This document shows positions 42,501 through 52,600 of a stretch of DNA of 64,000 nucleotides, one piece after another. The stretch is from assembly GCA_000002435.2 (NCBI GenBank), contig CM018793.1; one strand, given 5' to 3'. The position numbers and the translations under genes were made by a program. Numbering within the stretch: position 1 is the first letter of the stretch; each line of letters starts with the position of its first letter. The notes beneath the pieces were generated by a model that had not been told where the DNA came from, searched no databases, and was given only the letters and a program-made list of their open reading frames with translations. The stretch is from Giardia intestinalis (taxonomy: Eukaryota).

Positions 42501-43268
42501 GGTAGAAACAATGCAGAGTGGCACTACTAAAAAGATACTGATTGGACGTGCATAGAAAAGGCTCAAAACAGGAAGGACATAGCTAATCGATATATAAGTG
42601 AGACCTCCTAACAACATAGAACACTTACGGGTCTTGTCCGCTTGAGATAAACCCTTGTGCATAATCATGCCCCTATTACCTACCCCGTCTGAATTGGTGA
42701 CTCCAAAGCCTGCGGTAAAAATGGAGTCGCCTGTGCAGTATAGCGTTAGTCCCTTGTTGATCAGCAACTCGTGCACGATCCTGCTGATAGGGAGAAGGAA
42801 AGCCAGTGCCAGAGGGTACCAGGCTCCAAAGAGAATCGGGGAAACACTGAGGAAGGAGAAGGCCAGAGTAAGAGAGGAGCAAAAACAGAGAGCTGCAAAT
42901 CCATAGGGAATGATCTGCCTGTCTCCGACTGCTAGTAATAGAGCCAGTACTGCTATGGCCAAACCAGCACCGAGCGCCAGGAAAAAGGCAAAGATATCAA
43001 ATCTTTCAAAGACAAGGCGATTGTGGACCCTGAACGACACGTAAAGCAAGTACTCTGCAAGGAAAGAAGCCAGCAAGTAAACTATATGTGTTTCGAAGTA
43101 GTTCGAGGAAATAAGATCTAGGATAAGCCCGGCAACAAGAGCCCGTAGCACCCCATCCCCTCCTGCAAGATATATAGAGGCTACGACTATCTGTGGCACG
43201 CAGACTAGTGTGCACGCTTTAGCCCAGCCCTTCATAGACAAAAGTGAAGGAAAGCAAACTAAAAGCAA
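39588..43268 (-). CDS. Very large polytopic integral membrane protein, 1226 aa, probably more than 25 TM helices; family not recognised
   Basis: Almost continuous succession of 18-24-residue hydrophobic segments separated by short charged loops over the whole length. No soluble domain is evident. Confidence 0.7.
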   Translation of the reverse strand: MLLVCFPSLLSMKGWAKACTLVCVPQIVVASIYLAGGDGVLRALVAGLILDLISSNYFETHIVYLLASFLAEYLLYVSFRVHNRLVFERFDIFAFFLALGAGLAIAVLALLLAVGDRQIIPYGFAALCFCSSLTLAFSFLSVSPILFGAWYPLALAFLLPISRIVHELLINKGLTLYCTGDSIFTAGFGVTNSDGVGNRGMIMHKGLSQADKTRKCSMLLGGLTYISISYVLPVLSLFYARPISIFLVVPLCIVSTTLTLSLSALILYFMKKGLYLRELSPRIFKQGYVKFSDRAKEQQVLYKSELSPDGKEKTIAATSKRRFEKLKIGVSLLLHKPVFGDLIWAPCIFCCNLCITLTLLPYEVVLFLAPCTAIYSYLSSRCIMVANSTVFYLLLLLSPLFNPFTAVGGAILCSLQAISAMTEGKPYAPYAFLAAEYITLTINISPGRHYMAYFIIHLICNAFLSSAALPGWSDSVLTAYALQEKVSQLNSGNTSDGRGDTRPESTSIMQQYQKAKSTLRHHALMHCFCVFFITLYSQSRTAALLSGLLLIATGGYYCLSFLSKYTGKELALKLFFVIFVRAIFMILVTLVNVGKLRHIGYKIRGSYLLISLVCYVLLFISLFIPFSESGLAALSAASQRRKKAARISFGLIALFASLLLVIFCNITPLLCTGFLMLVGYVPQGDPSLLLLTVYRGFHSAHIEQYTAYPKTMIVLRFVLTTLVGLCIWTSLLYGLMRVSGVFAATNSSSKEKDTKEDTFSHSTILRRLFSLPNLQVSLIALITGSLAGMFLTAPSLLHFYGAEAVLTPEMLAISLGIVVCIAISPVLVTLLNSTTLFIVSSVLLLLMLIGLSSRYPITIVYTIGLVGIMTLPASVAGLAFVALCFVPELLNAVSLLYVPQDYLLGLWSTNALAFLSRLWFNRELYIRMALYPLVEQGHKDPTIKVKASADLLDSLWTVRDLFVVEPNGSIQLRDTYLCYWIGGLSNGLRYLRLNVGLFIATSCVLLSMWSYAPVVVVLLSLTSLLLPAVELSPGSSRSSSGTPVSVRAIGGYFGTGGSGSSLSDVARLQLVTNVCVALYGSIILRCMYSIIRAPFHLSGASVNATGYLGYILYDAAALLCCSTLSLIPFTLLTGRPYRLFAYLQNVLTKRLLTVIIILICVVVFFATEKCMVFFTLLACLSMLFEAPFLPIQKYNANNKIIINGEVLKGVDKTVVTMDAPAISMNV

Positions 43269-43272
43269 TTTA

Positions 43273-44346
43273 TTAACCGGCGACGTAATGCCCAGAACCA
43301 GACCTGCAGTCAGGGTACTGATCCCTCACAATTGTTGAGCACCTACTAACGTCATCAAGCTGTCTCCGATAGTATTGCTTGTCTGCACCTGTCATATTTA
43401 AGAGGGGAAGCCCAGACTGGACATGGAAGTAGTAGCGCACGTTTTCAGCGTAGAGATCAGGGTCCTTGGACTCCTCCGTTGTTGGCACATATCTTGGCAA
43501 ATAGCGGACAGTGCAAGTAGTCCTGAAGCACAGCATCATTTTGAGGATAGCCACCACCATGTTCTGGTGTGCGTCGCTGACGTCTAGTATTCTTCTGTCA
43601 TATGTGATATGGCAGGCGTGAACCGGTTTCCCGGGAACAAAGAGACCGCGTTTGAATGTTATAAAGACAGTCCCATTTGTTGTAGTTCCCTCGGGTGCGC
43701 CCGCAACAAGTGGCCACTCTCGGGGGAGTCCCAGAGGCCCAGAGGCTAAGAGTGTCCTCTCTTGAATAGCCTTCTGAATTTTCTTCTTCGAATCAGGATC
43801 GTTACGGTCGACAAACAGCCCTTGGTTTGATAGTTCTACAAGTCCAAAGATGGGCATGTTGCGAATACTAGCTTTGTTGATATGCGAAGTAAATCCTAGC
43901 ATCGCCAAGATTGCTCCATCGAGAGAGGTGGTGTGATTGTATATTAAGAGATGATCTACTTCGCTATTCGGCTTATTCTGCACATCCTTCTCTATAATCC
44001 TACAACCCGTTGACCAGACAAAGAGCCAAGTGACGAACATGGTCTGCGCCCGTATGAGGGTCCTCCGAAAAGGGTTGATAGGCCTTGTAAGATCTAGCTT
44101 CAAGGTTAGAATGCGCAGTGATACAAAGGCTATTATGAACGAGAGCACCATAGTTAATAATCTGAAGGGAAATAAAATCGGAGAGGCGATGAACTGCAAG
44201 CTCCAGAGATAATAATAACGCAGAGTCCTTTGAGGTCTAACGGGGACAAATGCATGCAAACCTTTCAGTTCCTTAGAAGGTGTGTCCATCCTTGGGTCAA
44301 AGACCGAAGAGCAAGGGGCCAAATAATTTGCACAACCCTTTTGCAA
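43273..44346 (-). CDS. PlsC-family lysophospholipid/glycerol-3-phosphate acyltransferase, 357 aa
   Basis: N-terminal TM; motif I NHTTSLDG (HX4D), motif II GLFVDRND (FxxR), motif III PEGTTTNG, motif IV region ITYDRRIL. Confidence 0.8.
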   Translation of the reverse strand: MQKGCANYLAPCSSVFDPRMDTPSKELKGLHAFVPVRPQRTLRYYYLWSLQFIASPILFPFRLLTMVLSFIIAFVSLRILTLKLDLTRPINPFRRTLIRAQTMFVTWLFVWSTGCRIIEKDVQNKPNSEVDHLLIYNHTTSLDGAILAMLGFTSHINKASIRNMPIFGLVELSNQGLFVDRNDPDSKKKIQKAIQERTLLASGPLGLPREWPLVAGAPEGTTTNGTVFITFKRGLFVPGKPVHACHITYDRRILDVSDAHQNMVVAILKMMLCFRTTCTVRYLPRYVPTTEESKDPDLYAENVRYYFHVQSGLPLLNMTGADKQYYRRQLDDVSRCSTIVRDQYPDCRSGSGHYVAG

Positions 44347-44403
44347 TCTTTGTAAAAATGTCTTTTAATATTAAATTTCCATAGCTCTCCTACAAATCCT
44401 CTT

Positions 44404-46251
44404 ATGCCTTTCCACAATCTCTTGATGGCGACGCGGGCGGGAGCTCTCTACATCTCGGACCAGATGCTCACGGTGGACCTGCGGCCGACCATTCATTATG
44501 AACCCTTACTATCACTTTTGAGCCGCGCTACTGTATCTCTTCGAAACGAGCCAAACATAGTCAGGCTAGCGCTTGGAGATGCTCACCCAGGAATCGTTAC
44601 TTTAAACCGGCGCAAATGGGTGCTCTCTCGGGAGGCTATCGACTTTCATTGTTCTGAAAAGGTATATGTTGTTGGAGACCTCCATGGAAACTACTCTGCA
44701 TTAATAATCTTACTGTTAGAGGCAAACATTCTTCGCCGTAATGATGCTGGCTACCTCTCTATTGACCAGAATGCCTTCCAGTCCACGCATCTCGTCTTCT
44801 TAGGAGACTATGTGGATCGAATGTCCCACTCCATAGAGATCATTGCTCTCCTTTGTTATCTAAAGCTGTCCTATCCTAGCAAGATTACATTGTTGCGTGG
44901 AAATCACGAGACTATCGCAACGTCTATGGGAAACACCACTCACAAAGAGCTTTGCATCAAATACGGTAGGGAGCGCGGTGGTAACATCTACAGAATGCTG
45001 ACGAAGTTCTTCTGCTCTCTTCCACTGGCGTGTCTCATAAATTCCATTGCCCTATGCATTCATGGGGGAATACATGCCCCAGAGCCGGCTCGAATAGGTG
45101 ACCTGGACATAATAAACCGGTTTCGCGAGCCTGATCAATTAAGAAAGAAAGCAACTCCCTATTATGACCACCTACAGAATCTTCTATGGTCAGATTATGT
45201 TGATGAAGATCCTGACGAGGCAGACAAGGGGGGAATATGTCATAACGCCGATCGCGCTACCGGGATTCTATACGGTCCAACCGCGCTTCATTCTTTCATC
45301 AGCTCTAACGGGCTATCAATGATAATTAGGGGTCATGAGTGTGTCCCAGATGGCTTCCTCACCAATGAGTTTGGAGCTCATAACACGATATTCTCATCTC
45401 CTCTCTACGATGATAAAAACAGCGGTGCAATAATGCTTCTTATCAAGCCATCCGAAGCAGATATTCCTGCATCATACAGGCCTCAAAACATACATCTAAC
45501 TAAGAAGGAATTTATAGCCACATTTTCACTAGCATACACTAATATCTTTCAACACGATACAATGAAGATACATCCTCTCATATTAGCAAGATCTACTGGC
45601 CTAGTTCCAGTTCCTCAGCGAATATACAAGATAGCCAACGCCCTGGAGCCTCGTGAGCCTGTCTCTAAGCATCTTAATCTTGAGTGCACTACTACAGCTC
45701 TTAGCCAACAGCATCCTATAGTGTATGATTCTGTCTTGTGTTTGGACGGGTGCTTACTTGACATCCCTCCCGATCACAACCCTCTAGCTGGCACTCCTGC
45801 GCCACTGTATGAGCTTCACGGATGCGATGGATCTTTTATCCTGGCCATACCTAGTATCAGACGATTCATTCGCTTACTATCAGAGCTGTGCTTGCATCTT
45901 GGGATCCCCAACTATGCTGTGCTGAGTGCCGTAGCTGACCACTACAAATGGCTTGTTGCTCCGAATGGATATAAGTACGAGTTTACCAAGGTCGAGATAT
46001 CACAAGGGAGTATGCGGCACTACTATTTACAACTCGGAGAAAGGACTGTTTGTGTCCCAAGAGTTCTGTCCCAGCCCATATTCCCCCTCAAAACGCTGAT
46101 TCTCTTGGCCAGAAAGTCTGAGAAGAGCTTTCTACATGCCTTGGCATGTCTATCTAAGCTTCAAACCAAGCTCCTGGCCCTAAATACCAGTGTTGATGCC
46201 GGCCCATCTCTTTTCAATAAGTTGGCCTCCGTGCTCTTGGCTCACGCCTGA
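44404..46251 (+). CDS. PPP-family Ser/Thr protein phosphatase catalytic domain with a ~300-aa C-terminal extension, 615 aa
   Basis: VVGDLHGNY (GDxHG), LGDYVDRM (GDxVDRG), LRGNHE (GNHE), HGG, RG..H metallophosphatase motifs in canonical order. Confidence 0.8.
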   Translation: MPFHNLLMATRAGALYISDQMLTVDLRPTIHYEPLLSLLSRATVSLRNEPNIVRLALGDAHPGIVTLNRRKWVLSREAIDFHCSEKVYVVGDLHGNYSALIILLLEANILRRNDAGYLSIDQNAFQSTHLVFLGDYVDRMSHSIEIIALLCYLKLSYPSKITLLRGNHETIATSMGNTTHKELCIKYGRERGGNIYRMLTKFFCSLPLACLINSIALCIHGGIHAPEPARIGDLDIINRFREPDQLRKKATPYYDHLQNLLWSDYVDEDPDEADKGGICHNADRATGILYGPTALHSFISSNGLSMIIRGHECVPDGFLTNEFGAHNTIFSSPLYDDKNSGAIMLLIKPSEADIPASYRPQNIHLTKKEFIATFSLAYTNIFQHDTMKIHPLILARSTGLVPVPQRIYKIANALEPREPVSKHLNLECTTTALSQQHPIVYDSVLCLDGCLLDIPPDHNPLAGTPAPLYELHGCDGSFILAIPSIRRFIRLLSELCLHLGIPNYAVLSAVADHYKWLVAPNGYKYEFTKVEISQGSMRHYYLQLGERTVCVPRVLSQPIFPLKTLILLARKSEKSFLHALACLSKLQTKLLALNTSVDAGPSLFNKLASVLLAHA

Positions 46252-46285
46252 TTGGTTTTCTAGTTAATGATGCCTGAAAACTACT

Positions 46286-47161
46286 CTAGAATAGGCTATG
46301 ACCCCGTCTTCGGCGACCGCTGTAACGACTAACGGGCTTAGCATCCTTTCCGTCTAGCCTAGCCTTGACTACTTGGTGCAGTTTCCACTCACGACTGAAT
46401 TTAGCAGGTTGTTGCCATTTTTTACCCTTAAGGAAACCTCCTGCGCGTCGCTTTTCAGCGTTACTCATTTGCCTAACCTTAGAGTACCCTATTTGCTCTT
46501 GCGCCTCAGTATCCCCAGTAGGGTCGTCTCCATCTAAAGCCGCAGGTAGCTGTTCAGGCTTATGCCCCGAGAATAAAAGGAGATAGAACTTCTTCGCCAT
46601 AGTACTGTTTGGATAATCGATAATAAGGCCGCCAGTGAAGCCCGCCTTGATGGCGCAGTCTTGCATAAGCGAAATCTGGTCATTATTTTCAGGATATATC
46701 TGCAGAGCTGCCCGTGCTCCATGACAGAGACACGAGTATAAACTCTGAAAGAACCGAATGAGCCTTGCACGGGGATTCTCGCTCTTCTTGTTAGAGTAGC
46801 AAAGCCACTGGAGAGCAGAAACAGAAATGCAGCCGTCAAAAAGACCGTGGGTAAACGTGAGGCCATCACCCACGTCTTGTTCGACAAGATGGGGATTGTC
46901 GTTTATGCTCAGCATTGCAGGTGAGATGTCAACGCCTATATGCTCATGACCAGCCTCAGTCAACACCTGACCAGATATCCCGGAGCCACACCCGACATCC
47001 AAAATCAAGCAGGGCTGATTGGGAGGTAAAGCGAGGAGCTGCAGTGCACGCTCTGCCATCTGTCGCTGGATATACATTATTCGTGTGTTCTGGGTGTATT
47101 TGGCGACTTCAAACTGATTGTAAAACAGGTCAGCAGGGCCTGAGGCCTCGGGTCTAGACAT
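46286..47161 (-). CDS. BUD23: 18S rRNA (guanine-N7)-methyltransferase Bud23/WBSCR22
   Basis: Near-collinear with human BUD23: LFYNQFEVAKYTQNTRIMYIQRQMAERALQLL, LDVGCGSGISG (SAM motif I), GVDISPAMLS, FDGCISVSALQWLC, LYPEN, TGGLIIDYPNSTMAKKFYLLLFSG. Confidence 0.9.
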   Translation of the reverse strand: MSRPEASGPADLFYNQFEVAKYTQNTRIMYIQRQMAERALQLLALPPNQPCLILDVGCGSGISGQVLTEAGHEHIGVDISPAMLSINDNPHLVEQDVGDGLTFTHGLFDGCISVSALQWLCYSNKKSENPRARLIRFFQSLYSCLCHGARAALQIYPENNDQISLMQDCAIKAGFTGGLIIDYPNSTMAKKFYLLLFSGHKPEQLPAALDGDDPTGDTEAQEQIGYSKVRQMSNAEKRRAGGFLKGKKWQQPAKFSREWKLHQVVKARLDGKDAKPVSRYSGRRRRGHSLF

Positions 47162-47325
47162 AAGATAAATAAATCAATTATTTTTTAAGTTTAGAAGGAG
47201 CAAGCTCTCGTGTGATCGGGGGACTCGATGAGGTGTCTAAGAACAAGCTTACATACAATTAACAATATTTTAAGACTAAACAGAACACCTTTTTATAATT
47301 ATCGCAATCAGTCCCTTAAAACAAA

Positions 47326-48690
47326 ATGACCATTGTTCCTGGTCGAAACATTGACAAGGGATTTGCACTGATTAAGGAGGCCGTCGTAAGCGACAATGCC
47401 AAGAAGTATCCTGAGGCATATGAAAAGTATAAGAAAGGAATTGAGCTCATCTCCATTGGCCTTACGTCTGAGACCATAAAGGGTCGAAAGGAAAATCTAG
47501 AGAGTTATCTCGAAAAGGCCAGGTTTAGGATGAAACAACTTGAACAGGTCCTGGTTACCGCACGCGAAAAGGCCAACATGAAAGGTTTGGGACCAAAGCA
47601 AAGTCCTGCTCCTGCACAGCCAAAGAAAGATTTGACACCTCAAGAGCCTCGTAAGAATAATTCTGCCAACGACAGTGTAGAAGACTCAAAGCCAAAGAAA
47701 GCGATTAAGCAGAAGACTGGGGAGGATGACGCCCTCAAGGCTGCGATCTCTAATGTAATTATTCGCATGAAGCCTGATGTTAAATGGGATGACGTTGTTG
47801 GTCTTACAACGGCTAAAGAGGCCCTCAAAGAGGCTGTCATTCTGCCGTTTAAATTTCCCCAGCTTTTCCAAGGCAAGCGCGAGCCGTGGCGCGGGATCCT
47901 CCTGTACGGATGCCCCGGCACCGGCAAGTCGTTCCTCGCGAAGGCGGTCGCTGCAGAGTGCGACGCCACCTTCTTCTCTGTCTCGAGCTCGGACCTGGTG
48001 TCGAAGTACGTCGGCGAGTCTGCCCGCCTCATCAAGGCCCTCTTCGAGCTGGCCCGCGCAGAGAAGCAGGCCGTCATCTTCATCGACGAGATTGACGCCC
48101 TTGCCTCTGCTAGGGGCGGCGGAGAGGAGAGCGACGCGTCTCGCCAGATCAAGACCGAGTTCCTCGTGCAGATGCAGGGCGTCGGCAAGACCGGCGGGAA
48201 CGTCCTGGTTCTGGGCGCGACAAACTACCCGGAGGCGCTCGACAGCGCCATCCGCCGCCGCTTCGAGAAGCGCATCGAGATCGTCCTCCCAGACGCCGCT
48301 GCCAGAGCAAATATCATAAAGAATTGCATCGGCACTACGCCCAATGTGCTAGCAGATGAGGATATCACTGAGCTCGGACAGCAAACAGAAAACTACTCTG
48401 GCTCTGACCTCAGCATATTGTGCAAGGAAGCTCTCATGGACCCCGTGCGCGTGTTGCAGAAGGTGTCCTACTTCCGCCTCAATAAGATCACAGGCATGTA
48501 CGAGGTTTCAGCATCAGACATGCCCGGCGCTGAGAAGAAAGACTTTATGGATATTCCCAACGATAAGCTGACGGTTCCCTATGTCACTGTGAGTAGCCTG
48601 TTGCGTGCCAAGGCAGCCGTGAAGTCGAGCGTCTCCCAAGCTGACAAGTCGCGCATAGCGAAGTTCACAGCGGAGTTCGGCTCCACCTGA
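47326..48690 (+). CDS. VPS4: Vps4 / SKD1 AAA-ATPase (ESCRT-III disassembly)
   Basis: N-terminal MIT domain (FALIKEAVVSDNAKKYPEAYEKYKKGIELIS). Walker A GCPGTGKS, Walker B IIFIDEIDAL, SRC/sensor region and Vps4 C-terminal helix. TTAAAACAAA directly upstream of ATG. Confidence 0.92.
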   Translation: MTIVPGRNIDKGFALIKEAVVSDNAKKYPEAYEKYKKGIELISIGLTSETIKGRKENLESYLEKARFRMKQLEQVLVTAREKANMKGLGPKQSPAPAQPKKDLTPQEPRKNNSANDSVEDSKPKKAIKQKTGEDDALKAAISNVIIRMKPDVKWDDVVGLTTAKEALKEAVILPFKFPQLFQGKREPWRGILLYGCPGTGKSFLAKAVAAECDATFFSVSSSDLVSKYVGESARLIKALFELARAEKQAVIFIDEIDALASARGGGEESDASRQIKTEFLVQMQGVGKTGGNVLVLGATNYPEALDSAIRRRFEKRIEIVLPDAAARANIIKNCIGTTPNVLADEDITELGQQTENYSGSDLSILCKEALMDPVRVLQKVSYFRLNKITGMYEVSASDMPGAEKKDFMDIPNDKLTVPYVTVSSLLRAKAAVKSSVSQADKSRIAKFTAEFGST

Positions 48691-48717
48691 GCTGTTATAG
48701 CTCTGCCGTCATAGCCT

Positions 48718-49647
48718 TTACAGCCGCCTTTCCTCCAAGGTCGAAGTGAGATATCCAGTTGTCTGTGTCTGTGCGCTTATCAGTCTTCGTTTTTCTTTCT
48801 GATTGGGCCTATTAAGGCTGGAGCAGTCTACCGTGAAGTGACGCGTGGTCTCGATTGTATGGTCGTGCGAAAGCATTTCCAGTCGCAAGCACAGGCTTCC
48901 AACAACCTCCGAATCGAGGACGATTGGGTAGGTGTCGGATATTTGTGTAAACTGACGATCCTTATGTGTCATGTTCCTGCTGAATGTAAATGGGCGGGCC
49001 GCGACTTCACCGACCACTCGGGAGTCAGCACCTGGGACCGGCGCCGTGCAGAGCTGCAGCTTCACCAAGAGATAGTGCAAGGACTCAAGAAAGAGGGGCG
49101 GCGGGGGACAGAGCACGATGCACTCGTTGGGGATCTGGACGGAAGGTCCGTGGTTTGTCTGGATTCTGGTAAGAATGCGATTGGCGGCGTCGTTAGTCTT
49201 ACAGCGTGTGCCAAGCTCCGACCTGACTACGATGTTGTGGACCGATAGAAGAAGAGGGGCACAGGAGTTCACGCGCAGAGACACCCACCTTGGCAGTCCT
49301 GGCTGCACCGGGACGGTGGGGCAGATGTTTCCATGCCCATCCAGGTATAGTACATGCAAGGATGTCTCGGCCGAGGACGCCCGAGTCTGTGTCTCTTCGT
49401 CCACGGATACGCGGCTGTCTGCGAGACGCTCGGTGTGGTCCATAAGTCGTGTGCGCTGCCTTGCAAGCTTGTCATACCGTATCATGTATCCCTTGAGACG
49501 CTTCGCCCTCTGCTTGGCCTCCATGTTGTTTTCCAATCCACACATGCTTTTATTATGACAGAGCCTCAATCCAACAATTTGGGTGTCACTGACCGCAAAA
49601 GACTCGTTTCTGCGGGGTGTCGATCGCCCTGCTACCTGTCTACGCAA
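48718..49647 (-). CDS. Hypothetical protein, 309 aa
   Basis: ORF only. Confidence 0.45.
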   Translation of the reverse strand: MRRQVAGRSTPRRNESFAVSDTQIVGLRLCHNKSMCGLENNMEAKQRAKRLKGYMIRYDKLARQRTRLMDHTERLADSRVSVDEETQTRASSAETSLHVLYLDGHGNICPTVPVQPGLPRWVSLRVNSCAPLLLSVHNIVVRSELGTRCKTNDAANRILTRIQTNHGPSVQIPNECIVLCPPPPLFLESLHYLLVKLQLCTAPVPGADSRVVGEVAARPFTFSRNMTHKDRQFTQISDTYPIVLDSEVVGSLCLRLEMLSHDHTIETTRHFTVDCSSLNRPNQKEKRRLISAQTQTTGYLTSTLEERRL

Positions 49648-49678
49648 GCGCTCTGTGGATTTACTAGCATATGCTAAT

Positions 49679-52600
49679 TCACATCGACGTAAGAAAATCG
49701 ACGAGGTCTTCCGAATCTACCGAACACCTTACCATATTGGCAAAGATACTGTCAGGCTTGTGAAACAGCACGCGCGGAGGACCCTGCTCGACTATTTGAC
49801 CACCGGCCATAACAATAACCCTATCCTGGTTGCAAACAGTGCGGAGTCTATGGGCTATCGTAATAATGATCTTTTGCTCCTTATATGCCCCCAGGGCATC
49901 CTGGATAGCCGTCTCTGCGGCACTATCCACGTGTGCTGTTACCTCGTCCAATAGGATGACTTCTGTGTCTCTGAGCAGCGCGTGGGCTACGCACAGAAGC
50001 TGTCGCTGTCCGAGCGAAAGGTTGCTGCCGTTATCAAAAAGGTGGTAGTCAAGTTGCTTTGACTGAGCTCGAAGTATTCACGCAAGTGCGTCTTCTCCAA
50101 GACACGCCACAGCTCCTCATCTGAGAACCGTCTATCCCCGGAGAGATAGGCTCGCAGTGTCCCGGAGAAAATAAAAGGATCCTGTGGTATCAGCGTCACC
50201 TTAGACCGTGCCTGATGTAAGCCCATCTTCAGCAGGTTCAGGCCATTCAAGAGAATCTCAGACCCGCCTCTGGCTCGACAAGTCTGAGAATCGCATTGAC
50301 AAGGGATGACTTGCCAGACCCTGTCTTTCCTATGATTGCAACGCGCTCTCCCTTGCCGCTGTGAATGAGATCCCATGAAGCACAACTGGCAAATGCTGTT
50401 GATAGCGTAGCGAAAGATCTTGCACAATAAGCCCGAGAGTAGAGTCTGCCGGCAGCTACTTGGGCTATGCGGAGCGCTTGTACTCTCTGGTTCAAGAGTA
50501 GCGTACTCTGCTACCCTTCCACGCTGGCCATAGAAAGATCCATTGCAACAATCCCGAAGCACATATCTATTAACATCATGACAACATCAAAGCCATTCAT
50601 GAGTACGGTACCTGAAAATATCTCTCCGTTAGCAAAAGAAGACGTTATGATAGTGGACACAGTAACTACTGCGGACACACAGATAGATAGAAGGGTAGTT
50701 GTAAAGTGTAGCCATCTGTAGAGGGAAACATCCATCCAAAATGCCGCCTCCATAGCTAGGACGGCTCTGGCGTAGTAGCTTGCCGCCTGGGCTTCATACC
50801 TATACGCTCTAAGAGATGCCAGGTTGTAGTATGTGTCTAGAATAAAGTTACACACATGGCTATTCAAGAGGGAGGTGGTGCGTCGCAAGAGGGGCGACAC
50901 AGCACGAAATCCCATGAACATCCAAAGGAACAGTCCCAGCAAGGGAACTAGCACAAACGTAGATGGCCAGCTCATCAGCAAAGTGGCCAGTAATGAACCC
51001 AGCACAAAGATGGAGTTCTCACATGTCGCTGCTAGGCCATTCTTCACCGTCAAATCACATGTACCTGTGTCTGCTATCAGGCGGTTAAGGATCCGTCCAA
51101 TGGGGTGTGCGTCATAGAACGACATCGATGTATTGATAAGCCCCTCTTCCATGCTGTAGTACAGCTTCTCTGCCGCCTTCCGTGTGAACAGCATATAGAA
51201 GAGCTGCCCAACGAAGAGGATCACCATAAATGCAAAGGAGAACGACAAGAACAGACCTATGCAACCACCTGTGCTCAGCCCTAGCCGCTGTCGGTCCAGA
51301 AGTTGATGAGCAGCGACGCCAGTTGCAACATAAGTATACAGAAGACCCACATGACAACATAAATGACGAATTCCAGGTCCCGCCTGCCTTGAACCATAGC
51401 TTGTAATATTTAGAATTAACAGATCCCAGCTCCGTGCATTCTCCTCCTTAAGCACTGCTGCCATTCGATGCACTTGATAGTCAGAGTCGTGTTTCTCTAC
51501 AGCCTGTATAGAGGTTAGTGAGGGACTTCTGCGACGGGCAGAGGAGAACAGTCTATATCTACGCTCTCTGGTGTCACTTCTTTGATCGTGCCAGCATCTA
51601 TAAATAGCACCTTTAAGCACGAACGAAAGTAATGCATCTGATTGGTCGCCAACACAACGGTCTTCCCCCTTGCAAGTAGATACCCTTTGATGGTCTCGCT
51701 CCATAACGACTTGCAAACATGAGAGTCCAGAGAGGCGAACGGATCATCAAACAAGTAAATATCCGCGTCGGAGTAGATGGCCCTGGCAATTGATAATCGA
51801 GCTTTCTGTCCTCCAGACAGTGTCACACCGCGGCTGCCAACAAGTGTGGCAAGCCCCCCTGGTAGTTCAGAAAGGTCCCCATCCAGACAGGAGAGCCGAG
51901 TTGCAAGCTGCATTTTCTCTTCATCATAGGGTAAGAATAACTGGATATTGAACTGTATGGTCCCTGTAACACGGACGGCACCTGCGAGCAGTATGCAATA
52001 CGGCCCACCGAGTGTATATGAGCGGAATCCGAACTACTTGATGTCGAAAGGGCCACCTCTCCCAGAATAGCCAATAGGAGCTCGACTTCCCGGAGCCAAC
52101 ACAGCCCCCCACCCCAACCAGGCACCCCCTAGGAATACTAAACTGCAAGGATCTAAGAACTGGCACGCACTCTGTCTCTAATTCGCGTACGGAAGACTGA
52201 AGTACGGTAATCTGCCTATGCATGGCTGCTAGCTCAACATAGTACTTCCTTAATCTGTCAGTTTGAGAGGAGCACCTGGAGGCATCAGGCGTTGCCGGCT
52301 GGGGCTTTGGAAGTAGGAGTCCATCGGGGGCATGGGGCTCGTCGCCCCTAGGAGAACCAGCGGCTGCCAGGGACGGCGTCTCGATCGGACCGTCCATTCC
52401 GCACCTACCAGCACATCTTCAGGAGCCTCTTCTCGAGTGCATTGTATGCGCCGAGCAGTTTAGAGCCGCCCTCATGGACAGCAATCTTCTGTTCCTGGCT
52501 TGTAAGATTGCTGTTAGAATTGAAAGAAGAGGGTATGTGTCTGTGGCACTGTCTCCCCCACGAATAACTCGGGTTGCCCACTGTCCATATAACAAACTGA

